Numbered from the whole stretch's first letter, positions 1 through 15,469 are shown. The stretch: DNA of 56,260 bases, filler included, from Streblomastix strix (GCA_008636045.1; 3 parts of 3 records of this genome joined end to end with filler, not necessarily neighbours in it), one strand, 5' to 3'. Notes: generated by a model not told the origin, from the sequence alone. Program-made: numbers and translations.

Positions 1-15
1 TTTTTTTAGTAAAAC

Positions 16-3000
16 ATGACTGAAGAAGAGAAAATTGAAGACCTTGTTTTTGACCCTCTTGCCTATGAAGCGTTGGAGAGAGATTGCGTTGAGGTTTAAT
101 CAATTTTCAACTATTATTCGTAATTTATTTGTAAAATCATTTTTCTTTTCATTTATTTTCATCATAAATCATTTTATATAGACGATTGATGAACTGCGTA
201 AGTTGTAAGCACTGTACGTATACCTTGAAGAATACGAAAAACTTTTCAAAGCAATGAAGAAAGGCCATGAGAGTGAGATGCGACTTGTATAGCGAATTAA
301 AGTATTGCAATCAGATGTCAAACGACTTATGCTCAAAATTTAAGGTGCTATGAATGTAGCGATCGAAGACACGGGGACATTAGAAACATTCCAAAAAGAA
401 CGAGATACATTAAGGAGCACAGTTTCAGAAGCAAAAGAATATCTTCTTAAGACAAATGACGAAATTGATAAATTGAAAGAAGAATTAGAGGAAAAATCAA
501 AACAATTAAAAGTAGGCCCAGAATTGGCTAATGAATACAAACGCCAAACTGCAGAACTGTCACAAAGGAAAGCATAACTTTCTCGAGGTTTTATCAAACG
601 CATTTATCAATATGATATTTAATAATATATTTGATATTTTCCATTATTATTTAAAATACTTATTAATGCTGTCTATTAATTTTAATATTCAGATCGGGAT
701 GATTTATTGAAACGTGTGGCTGATTCACGTAAAGAAGCTTCCGATTTGACAGACAAAAGTACAAAGTTGAATGTTGAATTAAACAACAAATAGGTTTCTT
801 ATTTGAAAAATCATTTGAAATAATATTTTTTAATAATAGTCTAATTATTAATTTAATTATTTATCAATAATCCATTGATATTCTTAATCTTCCTTTTAAA
901 TTTATTCGAATAATAAAAATTATCATCATTTTCAGGAAACAATTGATGAAATCGAACGCAACCAAAACGATAAACAATCAGAAATGGAGCAAATGAAGAT
1001 CAGAAAAGAGAGAGCAGATGAAGATGCCAAGAAATTGAAGAAAGAAATTGATGAATTAAACACAAATCAAGACAGAGAGAAAAATGAAGGAAATCAGATC
1101 CTTAATAACATCCAACAATTAAACTTACAGTTGAACGACATCAAATCCGAGATTGAAAAGAAGCAAAGCGAAGGAATCCAAGTTGTTGATTCAAAACTAA
1201 AAGAAGAACAAGATTTAAAAAGAGAAAAAGACCGCGTTGCTGAAATGCGAACGGAGAATGAATCGATTCAGAAAGAGATAGCCGAGAAAAGAAAACAGGT
1301 TGTAGCAACTCTTGCATAAGCGAAAGATACAAAAAGACAAAAAGATAAACTTTCGTCTAATTTGAGAATGTCTGAATAGAAAAGAAATGAGATTGAGAGT
1401 GAAAAAGTGGAAAAGAAGAATATTCTCAGAGTATCTGAAGATCAGAATGGTACTCTGATGAAGGATAATGCTGATTTGAAAGTATGGTGATATTTGTGTT
1501 ATATTATATTTTGTTAATATTATTATATTAGAATATTTGTACTAAGAAGAATATTAATTATTATTTCTTTTTAAAATACAATTACTACATTCAGGGCACA
1601 ATCGAGATCTATGAGAAGAAACTCCAACTTCTCCAGAAGAAGATTGTCTCTAATGCGTAAGAATGCAAAAGAAAGACTGAACTGAAAGAATTGCAGATGA
1701 TGGAGAAAAGATTCATGGAAACCCGCAAAGCGAGTGCGAAATCAGATCTTGAGAAGTTGAAGAAGGACATTGAGATGTTCACGAATGAGATGGTATGAAT
1801 ATAGGGAGGGAATATGTTTAAATAAATTATATGGAGAAAATTAAAAGAATGAAATTTTATATAATAATAAAAAATATATTAAAATAATTTATTATTATTT
1901 CCTTTATAATCATGTCAGGTGCGTTATGATGCAGAAGTGAGAGGTGCACAGTAGGAATTATAAGGACAACTTAAATCAAAAGAATCGAAAAATGTTTGAT
2001 ATCTCCAAAAAAAATATATAATGATTGAAATTAATATTTATTTGTATTAAATAATTTATATTTTTCATTTTTATTTATTCTTTTTTATTTATATTTATTC
2101 ACAATATATAAAATTTAGGAAATCATCAGTAGAATGAATATGGTAGTCGATGAAGCTACAACGAAAATGAAAGGTTAATAGAATATGTTGGATACCGTTA
2201 CTTCTGAGAGGAATATAAGTATATGATATTTATAAATAAATATATTAATAAAAAAGAATAAAATTTAAAATTAAATTATGTTATATTATATTATATTATT
2301 TTATTTTATATTAAAAATTCAATAATATAATTATTTTTATTTATTTTAGGCTCTAGGAAGCTAATAGCAGCATCAAATGGCAATACTGAAATGCTTCATA
2401 AATTTATGCAATTAGAATAAGAGATACAACAATTGAAAGATACCATTAAAGGGATTGATAGGTTTATATTATAAGAAATAGTTTATTGTATATATAATAT
2501 TTATTAAAATGATAATATATATTTAATTTTGTCATATCATTTTAATTATATTAATTTATTATAAATATTTCATATTTTCTTTATTTAGAGCTCTTCTTGA
2601 AGAGAATTTGAAACTTGATATGGTAGTAGCATCTGCAAAAGGACTCAGAAAGAAAGTTGTTGAATATGAAGCACAACTCGCAGTTGCTGAAGAAACCATT
2701 GAAAGTCATAAGAGCTAGATAAGGTAAATGCCATATGCACTAAAATATTGTTTTTATGTTAAATATTTGAAAATATTGATGAAAGAAATTTGATAAATTA
2801 TTTATTACAAATTTTATCATTTACTCTGTTTAGGAATCTTATTCACATTATATCAACGTCGAAATCACAAGTAACTAATTTATATATAATTAACCAAATT
2901 TAATATTAATATTTTTTTATTCATAACTATAATAAATTTATATTTTTAATAAACCAAATGTTTGATTTATATTATTACAGTTGCATAGATAAAAAGAAGA

Positions 3001-4488
3001 ACTGAAAACAGTTTCTGGAGAAAGAAATGTACTTGATCAATAGCTGAGCCAGAGGAATAGGGAATTGGAAGGTATTTAATATTATGAAAATTAATAATTT
3101 GATAATTTGAAAATTCTAATTTAAATTTATTATTTTTTATAATATTTTACATTATTTATTATTATTTATATATAAATTTATATTTTTACTATATTATTAT
3201 TTACTCATAAACTTTATATAAATCCTTTAGGTCTTTATGAACGTATGGTCTTAGCTTAAGCTACACTTGAAAAGGGAGAAAAATCATATGGAGAAATTAC
3301 TGAGAAGTTGGATATATGCAAATAGAGAGTAATTGCTTTGAGAAGTCATACTGAAGTTTGTATCAATTATTAATTATATAAATTTAAAATATATATTGCT
3401 TTTAATAAAATTATTTATATTAAAATGAATAAAAATTATTAATTATAGATTTATTAAAATAAATTAAAAATTATATTTTTTTTTTATTTATCTGATAATA
3501 TATCCTATTTTTCATTCGTGTATTAATAGGCACTTCATGCTCGTGTAAGTCTCATTGCACAATTAAAGTCTGAACAAGCCAGATTAGAATAAGAAATAGA
3601 AGCAGAAAAATTGAAAATTAGAGTTTGCCCTTTTTATTATAATTCAATTGAATAAAAATTATAAATATTTTTTATTTAATAAAAATATTATTAATCATTT
3701 GTTATTAATATTCCTTTCAATTAATTATAGGGCATGGAAGACGAGTTTAATTCACCCATTAATGCGCACAGATGGAGAATATTAGAATCCATTGATCCTG
3801 AATCGATTGAAATTCTGGCTAAGATCCACCAAGTGCAGAAAAGGCTTATTGTTATAACAGATGAATTGACTGAAAAGAATAAATTGATCAAAGAAAGAGA
3901 GAAACTTGGCGAATAACTTTAAGTATGATTATGTTTGAATAAAAGCTGATGATATTTAAATGTTTTGATTTGTAAATAAATTCGTTTGAATAATTTAAAT
4001 TAATATTAAAATATAAATATTATGATTTTATCATTACAGGAACTTCTTAAGAAACAATCTGGGCCAGAAGTTATTAAAGAAATTGAAAGAATGAGATCTC
4101 AATTAAAGGAGAAAGAAGCAAATTTAAAAGTAATCATTATACATAATAAATTTTAATTATTATTATTATTATTTAAGAAATGAAATAATAATTATTATTT
4201 ATTTATATTTATTATTTTATATTTTTTCTTTCTTAATATTACATTCTATAGGCGATTAGTGCAGAATTACATGTTGCGCGAGATGAATCAATAGGGTAAG
4301 TCGAATAATAAATAATAATTTATAATTTTTTAATTATTATATTAAATCTTTTATCCTTTCCTCGTATTTTTTTGATATTAATGCCATATATCAGTTATGA
4401 AGAGCAGCTTGACAGATTGAACGAAGAATTGATGGATGTGAAACAGCAATATATTGACACAATGAAAACAGCAACAGGAATAAGATGA
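16..4488 (+). CDS. CFAP58: Cilia- and flagella-associated protein 58 (CCDC147)-like coiled-coil protein, many GT-AG introns
   Basis: ATG at 16; first intron 94-181. Exons read YEALERDCVE...EEYEKLFKAMKKGHESEMRL and EDEFNSPINAHRWRILESIDPESIEILAKIHQVQKRL, which match CFAP58 N- and C-terminal motifs. In-frame TAA/TAG read as Gln; stop TGA at 4486-4488. Confidence 0.88.
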
Positions 4489-4799
4489 TTAATAAAAACA
4501 TGAAATATAGTAGTTTATAATAAAATTTTCATTTTATTTTATCTCCCTATTATTTTTCACTAATACAAATAATTATAACAACATAAATATTTTTCTTTAA
4601 AAAATAATGAAAAAATTATTCAAATTATTAGATATATAATGTCATATATATTCAATTAAAATTATATTAGTAAATCAATGAATGCTTTGATTATAATAGA
4701 AAACAAAATCCCAATTTATAAAAATGAAACTTGTTTATAAAAGGGGAGAATTTTCTTATATTATTATTGAATTAATAATGATGTAAAGTTTATCAAACA

Positions 4800-6300
4800 A
4801 ATAATTATCAAATACAAATTAATAAATAAAGTAAATTTAGGTAGATAAGGCTAAAATTCCAGGAAATTTGAAGAAAATTAAAACAAAATTATGAAGAATG
4901 AAAAAACTGATTAAAAAAGTTGAAAAAGCAAATTAATAATCTTAAAATTTAAAGGAGAAGAAATATTTCAATAATATTAAGAATCTTCTTGAAAATTGCA
5001 CTATTGAATAATAAAAATACATTGTTGACAATTAATTCTTTAAATTAATTGGAAAAGAGTTGAAAGAAAAATTGGATGAAAATGATATAAATATATTAGA
5101 GATATTGATGATTGTTGTCTTCAAAAAATATTGATTAATATTTTATTTTTCCGAATTATTTATTTCAAATAATTAGTAAATATGATATTTGTAATAAGAT
5201 TGAAAAATTTGTAATAGCGTGGATAAAAGAGAATAAGAAATAATAAATCATTTCTTTAAGAAATAAATCTCATCTTATGGTTTGTACATGTTCATATATT
5301 TAAAAAGGATATTTATTCAACACTGATAATTATCAAATATTTTTATTATAAGAGTTATTGAAAGAAATTGAATATCTAAATTAAAAAATCTATTAGAAGT
5401 TTAAAAAATTGAAGAATAATTAAGAAAATAAATAATTGTTGAGAATGAGTTAAGAATCATTGACTGCAATTTATTATTATTCAACTTTTGGTCAATATTT
5501 GTCATAAAATTGGAAAAATTTTTAATGGATTGATTAAATTATTAATCTTATCCATTTGAATTGTAATTGCAAATTGAAGATAATTATTGAAGATAAATAA
5601 ACCGCAAATTAGACAATGAATTAAACTTATTATATTTTGAATAATATTATCCAATCATATACAATAATTAATCGCAAAGAATCACAAAATAACATAATTA
5701 ATTAACAAATCACAGAACATAAACTAATTGATCATATTAATTCTATGTTTAAATGATTATGAGATAGAAAAATGATTGAATAAATTGCTTTATTGTCTTA
5801 AGTTAAAATTTGATTTTTATTACACAGTATTTATTGTTTAAATCATTAATTCAAATACTTAATGATGTAAACATATTATTACTTTCTTCCAATATAATTA
5901 GAATTTTTAAAAGATTTTTGGATCAAAGAATTTAATAAATTTCAATGTTATGTTTATAATCTCTACATAATATGAATAATAAAGGAAGTTATAATTTTTT
6001 GCTTAAATTACTATTTCAATAAAAGTATATTTAATTATTAACTGAATCTTTGAGCAATGAAAGAAATGAAGAATAAAATAATTAATTAATTAATTAAGTA
6101 TTAAAATGTTTATTGAATATATTTCATGAGTCAAATCTAAATAAAATACCTTATAAAAAAAATGCAAATATATTATTAAAGAATTTATATGAAATTGTAG
6201 AAATTGAAGAGTAATTTGAAGATAATGATTCATTATTATTTCATTCAGATAAATAATAATAAGGAGTTGTTGAAAATGCAAAGAATTATATTAATAATTT
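4800..6300 (+). pseudogene. Decayed helical/ARM-like hypothetical gene of an expanded lineage-specific family
   Basis: Coding-like purine-rich patches (e.g. EIEEQFEDN near 6200) broken by frameshifts and TGAs; resembles the 49.1-50.0 kb gene. Boundaries approximate. Confidence 0.3.
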
Positions 6301-6989
6301 CACTAACTTTAAACTTTATTTTATTTGTAAATTTTTGCAAATTTAATTCATTTCATGAATAATTATGGGTTTTATGACTGACTCATTGCACGGGTTGGCA
6401 AGTCTCAAATAAAAGGTAGAGCTCCATATATGAATGACTACGAAGAGTGCTATTTAAATATTGAAAATTGATTTGTTTACTGTAAATATTTTCTGTTTAA
6501 TTACTGTTGATTAATAAAAAATTTTTAAATATCAAACTTTTAAAATATTTTACAACAATATTAAATTATTCATTATTATATTTATTACAAAAGATCTTGA
6601 AATTGTGCTAATTAATTCAAAATACTTATTACATTCCACTCCTTTATTCATATACAAATATTTATTCAACTAATGATAATTAATGTTTCAACATTTCTAG
6701 ATCAATTAATTTTATTTGATCAAAGTTTTAAACTTCATCTTATTCACATAACTTAACTTTAATATAAACTGGATAAAAATAAAAATTTGCTCTTTCCAAT
6801 TGATTATCTAATTCATTAAGATTTTTTTTATTAATAAATTACAAGATATTCTATTTGATTTTTTTGAAAATAATCATTCATTTAGAAAACTAATTTTGAT
6901 TTAAATAAAAAAGAGAAAAAATGAATTGAATTAGATAATAAATTCAGAAATTTAAGAAATATTTAAGATGCTGAAATTTATATTGAACC

Positions 6990-8062
6990 AGATTAATTAA
7001 TAAACTCACACTGAACGATATAAATCATGCAAAATAAATCGTGATCTTTCAAAGTTAGTAACATAGGAGTTTTATTTCTTCTAAAATTTTAATAAAGAAA
7101 TATAAAATATTTAAATTAAATAACTAATAAAATAGTATAATTAATAAATAATTACGAATTTAAAAAAACCTTTTTATAACCAACAGCAAAAATGGAAAAT
7201 ATTATAATTAATGTTACAATTGCAAAAGAGCCAACAGCAATTCCTATAATCATGTAAGTTTTGAGCCATTATTAACGATATGGATTTGGAAGTGTAATAA
7301 ATCCAAACAAGAGATTTGTGTCAAGTTCATTAACTTCATAATAAAAACTATTCTTTTTAACATTTGATTTGCATTTTTTAAATCAGTTAGATATTAATTC
7401 CAAAACAATACTTTAAGTCCAGTTAGCTTGAGGATTTTCAAAAGAAATAAAAGAATCTTTGCCAAATTAATTTGTTTGGTTATTCTTGTTTGAAATAAAT
7501 TAGTTGCTGTCGAAATTATAATTTGATTTTGAATTAGAAGACAAAACATAAGTTCCTCCTGTATAGTTTCCTGTGTTGTTTGTGAATATATTGTTAACTG
7601 TAACAAAATCACTAATAATATCTTTCGTTGAATTACAATTAATGTATATTGCTCCTGCATAAGAATTAATAGCATAACAATTTGTAAAGTTATTCCACTC
7701 AATTTATATTGTTTTGTTACTACTTCTACCTCCAACATGAAGTGCAGCTGCATTATCTTGAAAATTACTTGAAATATTAGTAAATTCACATTTCTGAACA
7801 GTAAGATTTCCTTTATTGATAGCTTATATTGATACAGCTACTTATTTAGAAGATAATGTTACGTTTTTAAAATTTGCAGCTTTCGAATACAATTTCATCA
7901 CTTTTTGAAATATGAATCATTGAATTGTATGATTATTTTATTAATATGAATTTCTTTATAAACTGATAAAATTTTCCCTATAACTAAATACCACTTCAAA
8001 TATAATGACATTACTCTTCTTAACTAAATAATGATAGCAAATAAATACAAAAATTATTTCAT
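6990..8062 (-). pseudogene. Type I membrane surface protein with parallel beta-helix-like repeats, disrupted
   Basis: Reads CEFTNISSNFQDNAAALHVG...NNFTNCYAINSYAGAIYIN...NIFTNNTGNYTGGTYV, then a TM segment IIGIAVGSFAIVTLIIIFSIFAVGYKK. In-frame TGAs are present. Confidence 0.5.
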
Positions 8063-8089
8063 TTTTTGATAAATAAATGAAAATAATAA

Positions 8090-8449
8090 GGGTTGTTGGT
8101 GAAACTAAAACCTGTGGTGAAGTAAAAACCGCACTTTTTGATTTAAATATTTTTTATATTTTATTTAAAAATTTATATTATTTTTGAAGTCTATTTTTGA
8201 AATATATGTTGATTAAATTATGAAAGATATTGGTTGGTTAACAATTCAGTGTTTTTCTAAAAAAATTAGAAGAAAATTGAATTTTTGTTTTCATTGAAAT
8301 TAAGAATTATATTTTATAATTATAATTAAAATGCTACATATTAGATATAATATTTAAATTTATTTACAATTTATGAAAATTTAAATTATAAAATCATTCA
8401 AAAGTAAGGTATTGACTTCTCCACAAGGTTTTGATTTCACCAACTACCT
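8090..8449. mobile_element. MITE with ~50 bp imperfect TIRs and TAA target duplication (PIF/Harbinger Tourist-like)
   Basis: Left GGGTTGTTGGTGAAACTAAAACCTGTGGTGAAGT versus reverse complement of the right end AGGTAGTTGGTGAAATCAAAACCTTGTGGAGAAGT; TAA at 8087-8089 and 8450-8452. Confidence 0.6.
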
Positions 8450-11400
8450 TAATAAAATTTTAAAAATAAATCACTCAAATTTTAATGAATGTATTTCTTC
8501 TGTGGCTGCTGCGTTACCTATATTTGCAAATATTGTTATAATTTCAATAAAATATGATTTCTATTTAATCATAACTTTTAAAAGTTTAGCTAGTATTTCT
8601 GGCAATAATCATCTCCTAATGGAGATTATTGTAGTCCATCTCCTTCGGAGACTTTTGCCCCACCTTTTTATTTTGAGATTGCCAAATGGGCCGCTGGGAC
8701 TGGGAGCTCCGTTGAGCTGCCCATCCGTATGGGTCAGCCATTTGAAAAATAAGAAAGCGAACAATGACGCAAACAAGTGGTTAAAATGCGCAGGCATTGT
8801 TCACACACCTTCTCGATGTAGTTGATCTCAATACGACACCGAACTAACCTCTAGCTGACAACAGGGACGTGAACAGGAACGATACCAACGTATTTGCGAG
8901 CGACAGCGAGATTAGAGGGACAGACGCTGACACTGGACCTGATCTGAGGACGCAACCGATGCAGGAGATACAATTTTTCATCATGAAATTCATATAACTG
9001 CTAACCGGACGAATCGCTTTCGCGATAGATTTCTGGGTAAATCCAATCTCACAGGCGCAAATACGGGACTACAAGACGCGAACTTGAATGCTCCAGAGGT
9101 AACAGGACAAGCAGAAGTACCACCGCACCAAGTCTTGAACAACGCCGCGAACAGCCGAATGGACAGATACTTTCAGAATTTGTAATTTCAAATCCTGATG
9201 CTGTACAAGCTTACAATACTTTCGATTCAACATGTACCGGAAGGGAACACGAAAGAGACACTGATTGACCTAGTAGGCATGTGCGCTGCACTACTACACG
9301 TCGCATAAAGGTCAACTTATATCCGAATCCCGATGAAAAAAGGCGCTTAAGGGGCCTATTAATTTGATCGAGCTATTATAGAGTCATATAACAAGCAATT
9401 CAACCATTGCATACGTTGAGACTTATACAAGGATAAGGAACTCGGAACTTAGTTAACCCGCAAGCAGGCCAATACTCCGCAACCGCGATGGGACCAGAGC
9501 AATAGATTCCACAGCTTGTGATGTTTACACCAACCCAGATTATACAGCAATTTTACTCGGGACAACTGATACCAAGACTATAGACATAATAACCATTTCA
9601 GAGATTTGGCATGTACCTAGGAATACAACAATTTTAAAGTTTTCCGTAACCGGGCTTCTTCCAATAGACCGAACCTTCTTCAGGCTATAGCATATAATTG
9701 TACAGAAAGCCAAGCGTTATTGAAGGTCTACTTTAGTTTATGTAAAAACCTCCAACCTTTGGATTATAAAATATTCAATAATCTATTTTATTAACTCCAC
9801 CAGCACCAAGCTCAGTGGGCCATCCAACGTTTCAATCTAGCTTATAAAGCTAGAACCTTGAATAATCAAGCTAACAGCTCACGATTAGACCACCAACACT
9901 GGTACGATAGCAACAAAACCAGGATTAAGAACCCAGATACGTGAATGGAAGATTAATAGATTCACCAGGAACAATCTTAGCAAGAAGGATTGCATTAGAT
10001 TAACAACTATTATGGAACAAAGAGAGCTCACAGAGAACAGATCAGAACCAGTTCACTCCAATTGACCCTCCAGAATTAACAATAAATATGACCTAATAAT
10101 AATTTAACGCTCAAAGAGATTTCTGGGCATAGAGAAGTTATACATTAAGATACCTAGGCCTAAAGGCTAATGGGAAGCATCATAGAGGATTTGGGGAATG
10201 TCACCTAAATGTCAGTGCGTTCATTTAGAGACCTGCCAGACATGTATATCTAACAGTTAATGATTGGAAAGCATTTCGGTGAGAAGTAGACGCAGATTTA
10301 TTCTTAGATATAGAACGAATGGAGTAGGATGATGATGACAACCACCACCACCATCACCATAACCGCGAACATGACCACGACTATGACCGTAATCATAGAC
10401 ATGAAAGAGACCGAGAAGATAGAAATAATCAGTTAGATTTGGGAAGCGGCAGGAAACGAAGGAGAGTGAGTTCAAACGAAGGTGCAGGAAACGCATAGAA
10501 CAATGATGATTGGGCTGAGGGTCTACACCGCGAGGTTAATAGATAACAATTAAGGGTATTGAGAATCCAATTTAGTAGACAAGAACAGACTAGGGGACCA
10601 GTTCAAGATCCAGTCTATAGAGCTGTTACCCGAACAGCTTAAGAAGAAGCCTTTCGTAGAATAAATAACATCTCTCCCAACCTGGATGAAAAGAGCAGTG
10701 TCTCTTGAACTAGTCCAGAATCAATTTATTAAGAAATATAGACCCCAATTGCAAACTTTCGAACAGCACAACAACTACTTACAGCGTAGGATAATTAAGA
10801 ATAATTGAATTAACAAGTGAACATATGAATCTAACAATAGATTAACTAACTTCAAGAGGTCTATAAAGAAATATAAATCCAATAATAAGATGTCACTATC
10901 AATAATACGTAATAGAACTAATAGATACATTAGATAAACGTTTTAAATTCAGAGTGGAATATTTAATAAAACATAGTGTACATTCCAACTAATGGACAAT
11001 AGATTATAAATAATGAAATTCAATGACTTACTCAAACAGGTGCAAACTATGCACCCTAAACAGAAACACCTAACTATTTAAAACTATATTAAACAGGATA
11101 AAATGATGATTTGAATAATTTGGCAGAACAAAATCAAGTTTAAACTACATAAGCTTTCCCAAGATTGCTTAATCTAACTCATTAAGCTTCATTATCTGAG
11201 ATCATTTCTCTCAATGAATAAAAATAATAGCCATCCTTATCTTTCTCGCCATCATCATCATTACCACAAATTAAATAAAATTAAAACAAGGTCAGAAATA
11301 ATCCCTATTTGTTACAGACCTTAACAATCAATTCATTAAAGTAGTATAATAGTCCAACCATATCCCAATCAATCAGACTGCTAATCGTCTACCACTACTT

Positions 11401-12541
11401 TCAGAAGATCCTAAATGATAAGTTGAAATTAAAGTATTTACAGAAGAACAAGTCTAATACTACAATGAAATGAAGCAGAACGAAAAATTTCCAAACATGA
11501 TGTGTAGTATGGTGAATAAACTCTAGAATCACTCTGGTGAAGATAAGGCTAGGAGATTACGAATTGAAATATTAAATATGTTATCACCTGAAGAATAATA
11601 GAGAGTGAAAAGGGGTTTAGGACCACAAATGAGACTAACGTCCTTCTATGAATCCCAATTATAAAGTAAGATAGCCGAATAGAATAGTAACTTATCTCAC
11701 ATTGATACGGGTTGGGATTTTGGTAGTGGAACAGGTGAGCAATAAGATGAATTCAAGGAAGATTTCGTAGACAAGTCTCATTGTTTGGAAATTGGACCAC
11801 TGGATAAGAACAATAAGAAACATAATCATACAAAAAACTCGAAGAGTTAGAAAAGCAAATAAATTACTAAGCATAAACACAATGGTACTACAATAATTAG
11901 GTGTTGGGCAGTCACCTTGGACCATTGATTAGTTAAACGAACTATCCGGGACCGCCAGGGATGGCCACAGACCAGTCAAACAGAAAACTGAGATCGAGAT
12001 TACCGACTAGTAAAAGGCAAAGGATAGCACCTCTAACATAAACAAACCCACACAGTTAGACTACACCTTACCCGAACTAGAATTAAAGCTCAATTTTGAA
12101 TGTTGATCTTATGAGGATAATTTCAAATCCGTTTTCAGTTCCAAATGGAATATAACATCAATAGATTGTAGGAAAAGCAGCAAAGGTTTATCATGCACCC
12201 AGAGTGACATTTTCAACAAATGGAAACGTAAGAAAGTTAGAATCTTCTACAAACAGCATTGTTTCAGGCTAAGTAGGAGTTGCTAAAACCAAACCGACAA
12301 ACATTTAGACAGCACTTTCTACATAACTCCAGCGAAACCCTATTCGTGAACTCAAAGTTGAAAAGAAAGAAAGTATGACACCTGTCAGAGGTGTAGCCAC
12401 AAGCACAAATACTTCTGTTATCGCAAACTAGAACTAGAGTGAAGACTTGCAGCGCTGACAGCCAGGTGCGAGCCCCTCGACGGTTCCAACTTATGGGAAT
12501 TCAGAACAGAACAAAGGAGGAGATTCATATACTAGAAGGAA

Positions 12542-14515
12542 ACATTGCAACCTCAACCAGACACGAGAATGGGGGAAAAAACAATTCGTTATCTGGAGAA
12601 ATGGAAACTGGTAAAAGGAGTGGAATTCATTCAAAAAGTGTTTTTCCTACTATTTAAAAATGAGAATAGCGAAAAGAGATTGTAAGAGAAACTGAGAGTT
12701 TGTCCGATCTCGAGCTCAAGAGAAGAAGAAATAGCATACACAAAGAAATTGGAGGAGAAATTAAGAGAAAACATTAAAAAATTGATACGTTCAGAGCAGG
12801 CTAAATGGTTAAATCTAATATTTAAAATTTCGAATCTTCACTAGAAATGGAGGAAAATTCTGGATGTTAGTTCAATGAATAAGGAGATATAAATGATTCA
12901 TTTTAAGATGAATGGAACAGATCAAGTGAGAGATTTGATAAGGAAAGGAGAATGGGCAACAAATCTTGACCTAAAATCGGCCTTTCACCACATAATAGTA
13001 TTTCCACCACACAGACCATACCTAACATTCGAGACAATAGGGAAAGTTTATTAATATAGAGCAATGCCGTTTGGAACACAGCACTCCCCAATTTTCTTCG
13101 CACAAGCACTTGCAATGGTTCTGACTAAGATAGGGAGAGAGACAGACAGAAGAATCTTGAATTTCATGGACGATCTGTTCCTCCTAAATTAGAATTGAGA
13201 AAGATTGCGAGAATAAACTTAAATTATTTTGAAAATTTTGGAATCATTTGGAAGGACAATAGCCTAGGAGAAATGCGAAACAGAACCAATACTACAGATT
13301 AACTTACTAAAATGGGCTTGGGACTTGAAAAGTATGTATTTGAAGATGAAAGACTTAAGAAAACAGGAATAATACTTCAAATTTAGGATATTTGTCAGTT
13401 TAACAGAGAGAAAAGTCCCGACTAAGGTCAAATACTTCGCATCTGTAATAGGAAAGCTGAATTTTCTAAGAGTCCAAGTAAGAAAAGCTTCCCTCTACTT
13501 AAAATTAATGTATTCAGCAAAAACGAGGGCTTTGAAGAATAAAGAATGGAAAGAGAATATGATTCCACCCAAGGAAATCCTATAGGAACTTTATTAGTGG
13601 CAGAGAGTGATAGTGAGGAATTAAGAGATGACATTAAAAATGAGAACTTCAGAAGCAATCGAAGGATAAGACGCATCTCCGAAAGGCTTGGGAGTGACTT
13701 TGGAACTATAAACAGGGGATGTCTTAGTCCAGCATGGAGAATAGAACAAGAAATAGAAGAGATGGACAAGCAATAAGAAAGAGATGGAAGCAATGTACTC
13801 AGGGCTATTCCGTTATGGATAAATCTTTAATGAGCAGCAGATCAAAGCGACCCTCATTAAATCAGACAGCTCTACCGCAATAAAAAAGTTAGCAAAACAA
13901 AGAGCAGAAGAAACACTGGCAGCAGAAGTAATGTAAATTGTTATGCTATGTCAAAAACTGCGAATACAAATACAGATTCAACATATTCCAGCAGTATTAA
14001 ATAAAATAACAGACGCACTAAGTAGACTAAGCACCCAGGGCGAATATTCAGTAAGAAAAAAGGTATTCATAGCTCTGTGCCAAGCATGGTTGATAACTCC
14101 AACACTGGACTTGTTTGCAACAGGAGAAAATAAATTCATGGATAATTTCGTAGCAATTGGAGAGGAAGAAGAAGAAGCAGAATGGTTGAATGCGTATTCG
14201 AGGCTATGGAAGGAGGAGATTTTTTGGATCCACTCACCAATTCCAAAGATTAGAAGAGCCCTGATTGCTTGGGAAAAGTTTAAACCAAAGTCAATCATGA
14301 TAGAATCTTGGTGGCCAGGTCAAATATGGTTCACACACTTATTAACATGCAGTAGCAGATACCTTATTCTTGGAGAGAGCTCTCTGATTCTGAACCCGGG
14401 GAAGGAGATGACGAAATGGAAAGACATGCAACCACCAGGAAATATCGCGGCATTTTTAATGGACCAAGAATCGAATTAGGAAGAAAATTATAACCAGATT
14501 TTTTAGATAATGTGA
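12542..14515 (+). pseudogene. DIRS pol: reverse transcriptase + RNase H + adenine-methyltransferase-like domain
   Basis: KWRKILD, LDLKSAFHH, YRAMPFG, FMDD, DASPKG, KEMEA, KSDSSTA, ITDALSRL, LDLFA, WIHSP, WWPGQIWF in one frame; premature TGA at 13196. Confidence 0.9.
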
Positions 14516-15465
14516 ACATCGCTAGAGAAACCCAAAAGATGATAATAGAAGGAAAGAAATACAACATTCAGAAGAAATATATGTAGACAATGGGAGTGTT
14601 TGATGATTCGATGAAGGAAAAGAATTGCACAGTCTAAGACATAGTGAACTAAAAGATACTATTCATACACACTGAATTCATGACTTGGTTAACAAGAACA
14701 AAAAAATCAAAGCCATCATCAGCAAAACACCATACATCAAAACTGAGCACAAAGCTTTCTCTCATATTTGGAACAGTATAAGTCTCCACAACTGTGTATA
14801 GACTCGCCAAACACGCAATTTCTAATCATTAGTTTAACAATCCAAGATATGGGAGTACCTGGGCATCAATGAACTTTATGAGTATTGGAGAGAGAGACCA
14901 GAAAGTATTCTCCTCTCAAATGAAGAACTATAAGTAAAACTAGCTTCTCTATTAATGTCGTTATGCTTTATGAGAATAGAAGAGATAGTAAACATAGATC
15001 TAGCAGCTTCCATAATTGATGAAGAACATACAGCAGCAGTTTGTATCCCACCAAAACAATATAGATAAAAAATAGATTCATTTAAAGGAAAACAGATGAT
15101 GTAACTGTTTGTCCAATAGAAACCTTTTAGATGACTCGCAAGGATGATATGGCACTCCTAGCAGAGTCCAACAAACTTCATACACTTATTCTGGACTGAG
15201 AATTGGGAGCAAGCTGATCAGAGATATATTAGTATACACCTTGAGAGACTCGTTTAGACATATGGAGTATAGAATGCAACTGCGAACTCCATTAAGCATG
15301 CATCTTCTACAGAACTAGCAGCACAGGGGTTTGATGGGAGAACAATAAACGTCTTTACACACCATACACCAGATTCAAAGATGAATAAGGAGTACTACAT
15401 TTTCGCTGTAAACAGGGAGCAGGATTCCATAGCATCTGCATTCGTAAATAATCGCGGTCAAAAAA
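14461..15465 (+). pseudogene. DIRS tyrosine recombinase (frameshifted)
   Basis: PRYGSTW, CFMRIEE, VCPIET, NSIKHASST, FTHH, EYY motifs with several frameshifts. Confidence 0.85.
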
Positions 15466-15469
15466 TTAA

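Larger units (their letters stand above)
8590..15465 (+). mobile_element. DIRS-type tyrosine-recombinase retrotransposon, decayed (copy 1)
   Basis: Long Gln/Pro-rich gag-like region, then RT-RNaseH-MTase and an overlapping YR ORF. Termini not identified; the 5' boundary is approximate. Confidence 0.8.
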
